Shown here in pieces: positions 31,384-39,978 of a stretch of DNA of 64,000 nucleotides (within the stretch, counting starts at the first letter, position 1; each line of letters begins with the position of its first letter). The stretch comes from an uncultured Candidatus Saccharibacteria bacterium (GTDB lineage: Bacteria > Patescibacteriota > Minisyncoccia > Phycocordibacterales > UBA2100). Where the stretch lies: contig CAZUVH010000006.1 of NCBI GenBank assembly GCA_964623775.1, forward strand, positions 4,256 through 68,255, read 5' to 3'. The notes beneath the pieces were generated by a model, which saw only the letters and a list, made by a program, of their open reading frames with translations, had not been told where the DNA came from and did not search any database. The translations under genes were made by a program, and so were the position numbers.

Positions 31384-32118
31384 ATGCGACTCGTTTCGAT
31401 CAATGTCGAACGTTCAAAACATCTCGATAAAGTAATTCCGTTCCTGAAGAGGCTTAATCCTGACGTGGTATGTGTCCAAGAGCTGCTGCAGCGTGATATT
31501 CCACTTTTCGCACAGGTCACCAAAGGCAGCCATGTGTGGGCCCCGAATTGTGCCCATCATCCGGATCCCCCGGATCTTGAGCCGCAGATCATGGGGAGCG
31601 GTATATTTGCGAAAGGGCATGCATGTACGTCGGATGTTCGCTATTACTGCGGATCGTGGCCCAGTGCCATGTCATTCCCGGCAAAAGAATATGTTGAGGA
31701 TCATTGCCTTGTCTGCCTGGATGTCGTCGCGAACGATGGTACGTATCGATTCATGACAACGCATTTCACGTGGTCCCATGGTGGGGAAGCGACGGATCTA
31801 CAGCGCGAGAACATCAAAAATCTTCAACGCCTACTCGAGCAATTCGGAGATTTCATCCTGACCGGAGATTTCAATGCCCCGCGCGGTGGAGAAATTTTCC
31901 GTGAGCTTTCGTCCCGCTACAAAGACAATGTGCCTGCGTGCTACCAGACCAGTATCGACGTGAATTTGCATCGGGCCGGCAAAGTGCGACCACGTGAACT
32001 CAGTGACAAAATGGTCGACGGTCTCTTCACGACACCCGCGTACGCGGCCACGAATGTCGAACTCGTCTTTGGCATCTCCGATCATGCGGCGATCGTCGCG
32101 GATATACATAAGATCTAA
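31384..32118 (+). CDS. Endonuclease/exonuclease/phosphatase (EEP) family protein
   Basis: N-terminal VSINVE..VVCVQE and C-terminal LTGDFNAP..SDHAAIV are EEP signatures. Confidence 0.65.
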   Translation: MRLVSINVERSKHLDKVIPFLKRLNPDVVCVQELLQRDIPLFAQVTKGSHVWAPNCAHHPDPPDLEPQIMGSGIFAKGHACTSDVRYYCGSWPSAMSFPAKEYVEDHCLVCLDVVANDGTYRFMTTHFTWSHGGEATDLQRENIKNLQRLLEQFGDFILTGDFNAPRGGEIFRELSSRYKDNVPACYQTSIDVNLHRAGKVRPRELSDKMVDGLFTTPAYAATNVELVFGISDHAAIVADIHKI

Positions 32119-32126
32119 TTGTACAA

Positions 32127-33119
32127 ATGCACCCATGCGCAAAGCGTATGGGTGCTTTCTGGCATAATGGGGAAGTGAATCAATTTTTCGCGTCATTTTT
32201 TGCGTCACTCCTCGCGCTTTTTCCGGTACATGGTCGGCCGGTTGCTGCGGTCGCGGCTACGCCGCGGCCACCGATCAAGGAAGCGCGGATTCTTTTTGGA
32301 GGCGACATGATGTTTGATCGCTACATCCGCGAGACTATTGAAAGTAGAGGTGATGACTACGTCCTTTCGTGCATCAAGCCACTTTTTCAAAAGGCGGACC
32401 TCGTCGTTGCCAATCTCGAAGGACCGATTACGCAAGAGCCCTCAAAAAGTCTGGGAAGTGTCGTCGGTTCGCCAAATAATTTCAAGTTTACGTTTCCAGT
32501 GTCAGTCGCCCCCATGTTGTATGAGAGCAACATTCGGCTTGTGAATCTCGGCAACAATCACATCGACAATTTTGGCACCGAGGGAGTGTTCTCGACGCTC
32601 GAAGAATTGAATAAGGCGGGAGTTGAATACTTCGGCGACCCGATTTCATGGACCGTCGCCAAAAAAACGATCGGCAACGTGCGTATTGCATTTGTGAATT
32701 ACAACGAATTCATTCGGCCGACTATCGGATCAAGCGCGTCGACGACAATCGCGCAGATTCGTGCGGCGCGCGAGAGCGGTTATATCCCTGTTGTGTATAC
32801 ACACTGGGGTGCAGAGTACGCCACCACGTCCTCGGCTCGCCTCCATTCGCTCGCGCATCAATTCATCGACATGGGCGCCGAAATCGTGATTGGCTCGCAT
32901 CCGCACGTTGTCGCCGAGAGCGAAGTCTATAAAGGAAAGCATATTTACTATTCCCTTGGCAATCTCGTGTTTGACCAGTATTGGAACGAAGCTGTAAGAC
33001 GCGGGCTTGTGGTAGAAGTCCATTTCGACGGACTCGGCGTGCTGTCGGTAAAGGAAATTCCGGTCAATATCTTTCGAAGTGGCATTACGTGTCCCGACGA
33101 TACACCCCCACACCAATAG
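32127..33119 (+). CDS. CapA/PgsA-family metallophosphatase-like protein
   Basis: ILFGGDMMFDR, NLEGP, NLGNNH, THWGAEY and GSHPHV motifs; the stop codon lies inside the MITE-like element. Confidence 0.65.
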   Translation: MHPCAKRMGAFWHNGEVNQFFASFFASLLALFPVHGRPVAAVAATPRPPIKEARILFGGDMMFDRYIRETIESRGDDYVLSCIKPLFQKADLVVANLEGPITQEPSKSLGSVVGSPNNFKFTFPVSVAPMLYESNIRLVNLGNNHIDNFGTEGVFSTLEELNKAGVEYFGDPISWTVAKKTIGNVRIAFVNYNEFIRPTIGSSASTTIAQIRAARESGYIPVVYTHWGAEYATTSSARLHSLAHQFIDMGAEIVIGSHPHVVAESEVYKGKHIYYSLGNLVFDQYWNEAVRRGLVVEVHFDGLGVLSVKEIPVNIFRSGITCPDDTPPHQ

Positions 33120-33208
33120 CTGTCAACACACGTTAATCTCGAAACGTCACGGCACAAAAAATTTGACTATATTGTACACAATTGCAGCTATTGGTGTGGG
33201 GGTACACC
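33101..33208. mobile_element. MITE-like palindromic element, copy 2
   Basis: Terminal inverted repeats TACACCCCCACACCAATAGCTG (33101..33122) and CAGCTATTGGTGTGGGGGTACACC (33185..33208), sharing the CACACCAATAGCTG core with copy 1. It supplies the stop codon of gene 32127..33119. Confidence 0.45.
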
Positions 33209-33268
33209 GCCGGGAGGACAGATTTTGCAGTCGTAGGTCGACCTTTTTTCTTGGTACACTTTGAGTAT

Positions 33269-33778
33269 ATGTTCAAATCAAGCGGATCGGCAGCATATTT
33301 TCGCAATTTCATCTTTGGCGTCGAGGACGGCCTCGTCTCCACTGTCGCGTTTCTAGCGGGCGTATCTGTCACTGGCATCGACGTAAAGACCCTTTTTATA
33401 AGCGGCATCGTCCTTATCTTTGTCGAAGCATTTTCCATGGCCGCGGGCAGCTACCTCTCCGAAGAATCAACGGAGGAGTACGAACGACGATCGACTGTCC
33501 ACCCGCTCATAGCGATGGGGGGAGCGGTCGTTATGTTTTTCTCGTATTTTATCGCCGGTCTCATTCCACTGCTTCCGTACATCGTGTTTGATGGAGGATC
33601 CGCGAGAGTTATTTCCATAGCCTGCACGCTCTTCGCACTCTTTATCCTTGGGGTTGTAGGCGGCACGCTCTCTGGCATTCGTACGGTTAAAAGCGGCCTG
33701 CGCGCTGCAGTGGTCGGCGGTCTCGCGATCGCGCTCGGCGTTATCGTCGGCTCGATTTCGGAAGCAAACTTCAATTAA
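33269..33778 (+). CDS. VIT1/CCC1-family membrane protein (putative metal transporter)
   Basis: Start at ATG 33269 (MFKSSG..). FGVEDGLVSTVAFLAG and GAVVMFFSYFIAG motifs with a five-TM layout. Confidence 0.5.
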   Translation: MFKSSGSAAYFRNFIFGVEDGLVSTVAFLAGVSVTGIDVKTLFISGIVLIFVEAFSMAAGSYLSEESTEEYERRSTVHPLIAMGGAVVMFFSYFIAGLIPLLPYIVFDGGSARVISIACTLFALFILGVVGGTLSGIRTVKSGLRAAVVGGLAIALGVIVGSISEANFN

Positions 33779-33842
33779 GACATTGGATTATAAAAAAAAG
33801 AAACGGCCGACTCAAGGAGTCGGCCGTCTTGATAAACGAACT

Positions 33843-34574
33843 TTAGCTTCCCCCTACGGCCGCCGGAGTAGCGGAGTCGAAGTAATTATAGCGGCTTCCA
33901 TCGTTAAAATGGAAGGGTCGCCAGTCCCAGTACCCGCCATCATGCTGAAAGAGATAGCGCACGTATAACTGACCCGTGATGCGATCTCGGTAAATCGTAC
34001 CCCAGAAGAAGACGTACAGGCCCTTCAATTCTTCAGGGATGAGATGCCTGTGCTTGAGTAAATAGTCGAGCACATTCGCATTGAGGACTGGTTGGCCCCT
34101 CAACTCCTCGCGGAGTTCAGCAGCTGGGATTGTATTGCGGTCACGCTGCCACAGTGATCTATAGAGCCCAAACTCATCTCCGTCCCACTTCAGCTTCCCA
34201 GCTGCTCGGTGCTCGACAACTTCGTCGCCCTCGGGCCGATAGGGGGCGGCATCGAGGTCGATCACATGCGCAAGCGCCGATACCTCGAACGGATTGCGAT
34301 GTTCAAGGAGCGCTTGCACGTGCGCACGTGTAATAGACCCCTCCTTGATCTGGCGAAAGAGATTTTCGAGTACCGGAGCCGTCACATCTGGTGTCGTCTC
34401 CACGTCATAGCTGTGGCGCAGAGTCGCCGAGTGTTCGAACGGATTTCGATGCGCGAGGAATGCTTCCAGGTGGTGGCACAAGAGACCTGCGTCGCCGATT
34501 TGACGAAAGAGATCCTTGAGCTGCGAAGCCGTCACTCTGGACGACCCCGCCACGACAACCTTCTGAGTCGCCAT
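33843..34574 (-). CDS. Hypothetical protein with an internal tandem duplication
   Basis: LKDLFRQIGDAGLLCHHLEAFLAHRNPFE and LENLFRQIKEGSITRAHVQALLEHRNPFE repeat within the protein; start at ATG 34574. Confidence 0.45.
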   Translation of the reverse strand: MATQKVVVAGSSRVTASQLKDLFRQIGDAGLLCHHLEAFLAHRNPFEHSATLRHSYDVETTPDVTAPVLENLFRQIKEGSITRAHVQALLEHRNPFEVSALAHVIDLDAAPYRPEGDEVVEHRAAGKLKWDGDEFGLYRSLWQRDRNTIPAAELREELRGQPVLNANVLDYLLKHRHLIPEELKGLYVFFWGTIYRDRITGQLYVRYLFQHDGGYWDWRPFHFNDGSRYNYFDSATPAAVGGS

Positions 34575-34642
34575 GGATATTCTCCTTGTGTGAATGAGCT
34601 GTCGTACAATCCGACGAACGTCGGGTATACCAGCCAGAATGT

Positions 34643-34670
34643 TTATAATGTACTTTGTGACCCTTGTCAA
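34643..34670 (-). promoter_or_regulatory. Promoter for gene 33843..34574 (TTGACA-17-TATAAA on the minus strand)
   Basis: Consensus -35 and near-consensus -10, preceded by the shared motif TTACTACTGCCTGTGACCGGCCCG. Confidence 0.45.
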
Positions 34671-34762
34671 GTGGGGTGCTCGGGCCGGTCACAGGCAGTA
34701 GTAAAAAAATGCGCCCCAGTGATCTGGGGCGCATCGGGAAAGATCGGGGCCGACGATTTGTC

Positions 34763-35014
34763 CTAGGCGATCAGCGAGCGTGCTTCGTTTGCGATTCGCC
34801 GGAGGTCGGCACTGCCGATCGTATGGTATGCGTGCCCGACTAGCATGATGGAGCCGCGTGTATCCTTGAGCGTAATGGGCACATACGGCAAGCCGTCATT
34901 GGGACCATGCGGTATCACGCCGACGTCACCGATCGATCGTACCTCGGCCATCCTCGGAAGGTGAGGGTGGCTTTGAAAGAAGTGCTGGTTGTCGATGAAT
35001 GGCTCACGTGCCAT
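34763..35014 (-). CDS. Hypothetical small protein (83 aa)
   Basis: ORF with its own promoter and a downstream hairpin terminator (GCGCCCCAG-TGATC-TGGGGCGC plus a T-tract on the minus strand). Confidence 0.4.
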   Translation of the reverse strand: MAREPFIDNQHFFQSHPHLPRMAEVRSIGDVGVIPHGPNDGLPYVPITLKDTRGSIMLVGHAYHTIGSADLRRIANEARSLIA

Positions 35015-35044
35015 GGCTGTCTCCTCTGGGTTGGAACTTATGAA

Positions 35045-35073
35045 TCTATACTATATTATTTCCTATGAGTCAA
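35045..35073 (-). promoter_or_regulatory. Promoter for gene 34763..35014 (TTGACT-17-TATAGA on the minus strand)
   Basis: Preceded by the shared motif TTACTACTGCCTGTGACCGACCCG (35080..35103 on the plus strand). Confidence 0.4.
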
Positions 35074-35164
35074 GTGTGGCGGGTCGGTCACAGGCAGTAG
35101 TAAGTAAAAAGAATCAAAAGAAATCGGCCTCCACGAGAGGTGGAGGCCGGGGCCGCTTGAGCGG

Positions 35165-35383
35165 CTAAATCTTCAGAAACGTGATCTCAACGGCGGGATT
35201 TCGCGACTCGATCTTTTCGAGTGCCACTCGGAGCTCGGCCACCGTTTCACCTCGGGTGAAATCGTGGAGTACGTCGATGCCAGTGCTCTCGCCCTTAAAG
35301 TCGGGCGCTCGGTGACAAAAGGCCAGTCCAGACACGATGGCGGTGTCGGGAAGAAACTTCAGGTCAATCGTGGCTTTAGTCAT
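35165..35383 (-). CDS. Hypothetical small protein (72 aa)
   Basis: ORF only. Confidence 0.3.
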   Translation of the reverse strand: MTKATIDLKFLPDTAIVSGLAFCHRAPDFKGESTGIDVLHDFTRGETVAELRVALEKIESRNPAVEITFLKI

Positions 35384-35655
35384 CCTTCTATCCTTTGCGG
35401 CTGGTGCTGTGGGAGGAAACGTTCGAACCGATTAACACAATACGTTGAATTTAATATAGTGTCAAGTTCACGCTCTCCCGCATGCAATATTCCTGAATTT
35501 TTTTAAAATCGCGCCCTGCTCGGCCATGCGGAGCAGGGCGAAAAAAAAGTGCGACGAGCCTCAGGACTGGCGTTCCGAGACCGCATACACGAAACCATAA
35601 TCGTTGACATACTGTCAAAATTCCATAAAGTCTCCTGAGCTGAAAGGAGGTCCAG

Positions 35656-36285
35656 GTGACCTTAGAAGGTGCGAAAGCTGTTGCCCGCACGTGGGCCCTC
35701 GCACAACACCTACCTGATGGTTGGTTTCTGGCCTTAACAAGGGAGTGGGTAGGGTGTTGGTCGTTTTCAATACGGCAACGAGCGCGAGAGCACGACTCGG
35801 TACTTACGCTTATGTTGATTCTTGTGGATGAAGACGGGTCAGTCAAAGTAATGGCTGACCGACGCCAGCAAGTAGTAAGACTTTCGCCGATAGGTTTTGT
35901 CCGCGAGACGAGACTGTTTAATGTGATGAAGTTGAGAACGGCGCCGACACCGGACTGGTACCTCAAATGCGAACGAGGTTCCTACGGGCTAGATAAGCGC
36001 GGTGTCGATGGCTTCGCAAAAATCTCTACACCAGGAGGAACAATCAAGATTCCTTTCCAGGTTAAATCTTCGATATTGAGCGTCAAAAGATTCTTCGAAG
36101 AATACCCCGAGTATCGAGGCATAGTTGCTGCGGTGGTCGTCAATGACAATAGCTCGGATGATGAACTTCGAAGCAGTATGTACACTGCTCTCGAAGAGCT
36201 GCGCAATACGATCATCCGTGGAGAGCGCACGGTTGCAGAGTTCAAACAACAGATTACGGACCGCCTACGAAGCCGCACGCGATAG
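35656..36285 (+). CDS. Hypothetical protein (GTG start)
   Basis: AAGGAGG ribosome-binding site 8 nt upstream of the GTG; 209 aa, no family recognised. Confidence 0.4.
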   Translation: MTLEGAKAVARTWALAQHLPDGWFLALTREWVGCWSFSIRQRAREHDSVLTLMLILVDEDGSVKVMADRRQQVVRLSPIGFVRETRLFNVMKLRTAPTPDWYLKCERGSYGLDKRGVDGFAKISTPGGTIKIPFQVKSSILSVKRFFEEYPEYRGIVAAVVVNDNSSDDELRSSMYTALEELRNTIIRGERTVAEFKQQITDRLRSRTR

Positions 36286-36295
36286 TGCGGCTTCT

Positions 36296-37504
36296 TTATA
36301 ACTCACCGTTCTTTATGCGTCTGCGCACCTGCGCTGCAAGTGCATTGAAGTAAAAGAGATTGTGAAAGGTCGCGAGTTTCATGCCGGTCAGTTCGTGGCC
36401 GCGCATAAGATGTGATACATATGCGCGAGAATAATTTTTGCATACATCGCATCTACAATTCGGATCGAGGGGTTTGTCCAAATCCTTCAAATATTTTTTA
36501 TCAGCGATCTGCACGCGGCCTTTTGAGGTAAAGATAGTGCCCCGACGCGCGTAGTGCGTGGGTGCGATGCAATCGAAGGTGTCACCGCCGCTTTGCGCGA
36601 TGATTGCAAAATCCTCCGGATGTCCGATGCCGAGCACGTGACGCGGCTTTCCGTAGGGGAGGGTGTCGGAAACTGCGCTCACGACTTTCTTGAGTGATTT
36701 CTTGTCATATCCAAATTCTCCGCCAAAACCAAAACCGTCAAAATCCATCGCGCCGATAATGCCGGCGCTTTCAAGTCGCATTTCGATCGAACCGCCGCCC
36801 TGGACGATTCCGTAGAGTGCCTGCTTTTTATTTGTCTTTGCATCGAGGCACTCCTGCGCCCATCGGTGCGTCGTATCGATCGACTTACGCATGTACTCCG
36901 GCGTGGCAAGCGGCGAAGGGCATTCGTCGAAGGCAAAGATAATATCCGCACCGAGCGCCTCCTGGATCTTGATCGACTCTTTTGGTCCTAAGAAAAGTTC
37001 TTTACCATCGATGGGAGAGCGGAATTTCACACCGTGTTCGGTGATCTTCACTGATTTTGGCTGCGAGCCCTCGATGACTCTCTTGTCTTGCTCGTGGCGG
37101 AGCACTTTCCCGACGCCGTGGTCAGTGCCGAATCCGAGGGAAAACACCTGGAATCCACCCGAATCAGTCATGAGTGGCTTTTTCCACCCCATGAATCCGT
37201 GAATGCCGCCCGCTTTTTTTACGATTTTCTCTCCTGGAGTTACGTGGAGGTGGAAGGTGTTGCATATCAAGACCTGCGCGCCGATGTCGTGAATTTCCGA
37301 GGTATCGAGCGTGCGGATCGTGGCACGTGTCGCTACGGGTACAAATGCTGGTGTCTCGATCTCGCCATGGGGCGTTGATATCACACCGAGCCTGGCCCGA
37401 CTCTTCTTGGATTTCTTTAATATCTTAAAGTTGAACATTTGGACGATTGTACTTGTTTTATGGAGATTGAATAGAGGTCCATTTTCGGGTATCTTTAGCT
37501 TCAT
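36296..37504 (-). CDS. tgt: Queuine tRNA-ribosyltransferase
   Basis: TPAFVPVATRATIRTL, QGGGS, and the Zn motif CxCxxC..H (CRCDVCKNYSRAYVSHL). The true start may be the internal M at MFNFK (37435). Confidence 0.85.
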   Translation of the reverse strand: MKLKIPENGPLFNLHKTSTIVQMFNFKILKKSKKSRARLGVISTPHGEIETPAFVPVATRATIRTLDTSEIHDIGAQVLICNTFHLHVTPGEKIVKKAGGIHGFMGWKKPLMTDSGGFQVFSLGFGTDHGVGKVLRHEQDKRVIEGSQPKSVKITEHGVKFRSPIDGKELFLGPKESIKIQEALGADIIFAFDECPSPLATPEYMRKSIDTTHRWAQECLDAKTNKKQALYGIVQGGGSIEMRLESAGIIGAMDFDGFGFGGEFGYDKKSLKKVVSAVSDTLPYGKPRHVLGIGHPEDFAIIAQSGGDTFDCIAPTHYARRGTIFTSKGRVQIADKKYLKDLDKPLDPNCRCDVCKNYSRAYVSHLMRGHELTGMKLATFHNLFYFNALAAQVRRRIKNGEL

Positions 37505-37575
37505 TGCGGGATCGTCTAATGGTAGGACTACTGCCTCTGGAGCAGTGTATCTTGGTTCGAGTCCAAGTCCCGCAG
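37505..37575 (+). tRNA. tRNA-Gln (CUG), no encoded CCA
   Basis: TGCGGGATCGTCTAATGGTAGGACTACTGCCTCTGGAGCAGTGTATCTTGGTTCGAGTCCAAGTCCCGCAG, with a 3-bp D-stem typical of Gln/Glu tRNAs and anticodon loop CUCUGGA. Confidence 0.8.
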
Positions 37576-37595
37576 CTAACGAACGAAGTGAGGAA

Positions 37596-37695
37596 GATGC
37601 GGGACTTGGATTGGGAAGGGGTCGGGAAACGGGAGTTTCCCGTGGAGGAAGGTTTGGGAAAACCGTGGGTTTCCCAGTCGTCCTTGTCCCGCAGC
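37596..37695. repeat. tRNA-associated structured repeat element, copy Y: same core as 14117..14224 in inverse orientation, with arms copying the tRNA-Gln 3' end
   Basis: 37596..37609 GATGCGGGACTTGG is the inverse complement of the tRNA 3' end CCAAGTCCCGCAGC (1 mismatch); 37685..37695 TGTCCCGCAGC is a direct copy. The core hairpins are CGGGAAAC..GTTTCCCG and TGGGAAA..TTTCCCA. Confidence 0.5.
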
Positions 37696-37757
37696 AAATA
37701 TAGTCTCATTTTTTGCTGGGTAGACCATTGTGTGGCCCATGGTACGATTGGGCCCAT

Positions 37758-38660
37758 ATGAAAAACATCATCATCACAGTTCTTGTCATAGTCTTTGCCG
37801 GTGCCGGCACGTATTTTTATATGCAGCGTGCGCCGGGTACGGTAGATGTCGTCAGTAATAATCAGCCAGCAGCGCCTGTCGCGACCTCGACCGAAGGGCA
37901 GCAGTCCTCACTCGAGAGTAATGAGACCGTCATTGGCAAATCCGTTCAAGGTAACAATATCAGCGCATTTAAATATGGATCAGGGTCGAAGAAAATCGTT
38001 TTTGTCGGCGGTATTCACGGCGGATATGAATGGAATACCGTTCTCGTCGCGTACGAATTGATGGATTATTTGAAAGCAAATCCGGGCACACTTCCTGCAA
38101 ATGTAGAGGTGACAGTTATCCCGGTCCTCAATCCCGACGGCCTCAACAAAGTAGTGGGCAAAGCGGGTCGCTTTGCCGCTGTGGATGTCCCAGTATCGCA
38201 GGAAGTGCTTATCTCCGGTCGATTCAATGCCAACAACGTCGATTTGAACCGCAACTTTGATTGCGATTGGAAGCCTTCTGGTATGTGGCAGAACACTGCC
38301 GTTGAAGGTGGAAGCGCGGTCTTCTCGGAGCCGGAGAGTCAGGCGATGAAAGCATTTATCGAAGCGTACGCGCCGACTGCCGTCGTCGCATGGTACAGCG
38401 CGGCTGGGGGAGTCTATTCATCCAATTGTCAGGGTGGCATTTTGCCTCAGACGAAGACATTGAACGCTGTATATTCAAAAGCCTCGAAATATCCTGCACA
38501 CGAAGTGTTCGACAATTACGCAATCACAGGCGACATGACAAACTGGCTTGCCAAGATCAAGATTCCGGCGATCAGTGTTTTGTTGACCAACCATCAGGAT
38601 ACGGAGTGGGATAAAAATCTCGAGGGCGTGAAAGCGGTGCTTCAGTATTACAGCAAGTAA
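37758..38660 (+). CDS. M14-family zinc carboxypeptidase-like protein (murein peptide amidase-like), secreted
   Basis: N-terminal TM/signal; GGIHGGYEWNT (H..E zinc ligands) and VDLNRNFDC (Asn-Arg substrate anchor) motifs. Confidence 0.6.
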   Translation: MKNIIITVLVIVFAGAGTYFYMQRAPGTVDVVSNNQPAAPVATSTEGQQSSLESNETVIGKSVQGNNISAFKYGSGSKKIVFVGGIHGGYEWNTVLVAYELMDYLKANPGTLPANVEVTVIPVLNPDGLNKVVGKAGRFAAVDVPVSQEVLISGRFNANNVDLNRNFDCDWKPSGMWQNTAVEGGSAVFSEPESQAMKAFIEAYAPTAVVAWYSAAGGVYSSNCQGGILPQTKTLNAVYSKASKYPAHEVFDNYAITGDMTNWLAKIKIPAISVLLTNHQDTEWDKNLEGVKAVLQYYSK

Positions 38661-38668
38661 GCCTTCTC

Positions 38669-39520
38669 ATGTCGCCACTAAAGATCATGGGGGCGATTCT
38701 GGCGATCGCCGGGCTCGCAGGCGGTGTGTACTTCAGCTTGCCTCGTGCGGAGAAAAAGCCAGTCGTGGGACCGGTGGTCGTTCATGACCCGACACTGATA
38801 GGCACATCTGTAGAAGGTCGCGAGATTCGTGCATACACGTATGGCTCTGGCCCTACTCGTCTGCTTTTTGTTGGCGGCATGCACGGCGGATATGAGTGGA
38901 ACAGCGTCGTCCTTGCGTATCAATTCAAAGACTATCTCGAGGCACATCCCGAGATGATCCCTGCAAATCTCTCGGTCACCGTCATTCCCAGTATCAATCC
39001 AGACGGTGTCTTCAGGGTGGTCGGCAAAGAGGGGCGCTTCTCTCCGGAAGATGTCCCGGAAGGAGACACCTCAGCCGGACGATTCAATGCGCGCGAGGTC
39101 GACCTGAACCGCAATTTCGATTGCAAATGGAAGCCAGAGAGTATGTGGAAGTCGACGAAAGTATCAGCTGGCACGGCTCCTTTTTCGGAGCCAGAGGCGC
39201 AGGCGCTCCGTGATTTTGTGATTGCAAACAAGCCGAGTGCTGTTGTCTTTTGGCACAGCAAGGCCAATGCGGTGTACGCATCGGAGTGTGAAAAAGGGAT
39301 ACTCCCTCAAACGCTCGATATTGTGGATGCGTACGCGAAAGCTGCAAAATATCCCGCAATCAAATCATTCGACTCCTACGCGATCACGGGCGATGCCGAA
39401 GGCTGGCTTGCCTCGATCAACATCCCCGCTATCACCGTCGAACTCTCGACTCACGAAACGATCGAGTGGGATCGCAATCTTGAGGGTGTCAAAGCGCTCC
39501 TCAGCTTCTTCTCAAAGTAA
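38669..39520 (+). CDS. M14-family carboxypeptidase-like paralog (tandem duplicate)
   Basis: Same GGMHGGYEWNS and VDLNRNFDC motifs, about 50% identical to the upstream gene. Confidence 0.6.
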   Translation: MSPLKIMGAILAIAGLAGGVYFSLPRAEKKPVVGPVVVHDPTLIGTSVEGREIRAYTYGSGPTRLLFVGGMHGGYEWNSVVLAYQFKDYLEAHPEMIPANLSVTVIPSINPDGVFRVVGKEGRFSPEDVPEGDTSAGRFNAREVDLNRNFDCKWKPESMWKSTKVSAGTAPFSEPEAQALRDFVIANKPSAVVFWHSKANAVYASECEKGILPQTLDIVDAYAKAAKYPAIKSFDSYAITGDAEGWLASINIPAITVELSTHETIEWDRNLEGVKALLSFFSK

Positions 39521-39544
39521 CTTGATTACATGTACGCTAATTAG

Positions 39545-39790
39545 ATGTACTTCATATACATTCTCGAGTGCAAAGACGGTTCACTCTATACCGGTATCAC
39601 GACAGACGTGGCTCGGAGATTTGAACAGCATAAAGCGGGAAAAGGTGGCGCATATACACGGTCGCACGGAGCAAAGAAAATTTTGTATACGGAGAAAAAA
39701 CTCGATAGAAGTCGTGCTCTGAGGCGGGAAGCCGAGATCAAAAGTTGGTCACGAGAAAGGAAGCTTTCTCTCACACGATCACACCTGTAA
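39545..39790 (+). CDS. GIY-YIG nuclease family protein (small, UPF0213-like)
   Basis: MYFIYILECKDGSLYTGITTDVARRFEQH GIY-YIG motif; 81 aa. Confidence 0.7.
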   Translation: MYFIYILECKDGSLYTGITTDVARRFEQHKAGKGGAYTRSHGAKKILYTEKKLDRSRALRREAEIKSWSRERKLSLTRSHL

Positions 39791-39978
39791 GCGCCCCTTG
39801 ACAAAGGCCTTTCTACCTGCTACTCTTAAACGGTCTAACCTTCTCTAGTGGTTTTTTGTCTTGGGATTCCCAAGGCCCCTTGAGCTCATAGGGTGAACCT
39901 ATCCCGAGAACCAGTTCGACAAAATTTAAAAGGTCCTTTTAGGACCAAAGCCCTTCAATGGGCTCATAAAACTATTAA

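Noticed and set aside
35480-35540. Strong hairpin GCCCTGCTC..GAGCAGGGC flanked by a T-run on one side and an A-run on the other, in an intergenic region
   Set aside because: It could be a bidirectional terminator or a small-RNA 3' end, but no gene on either strand ends next to it and there is no flanking conservation; left unannotated.
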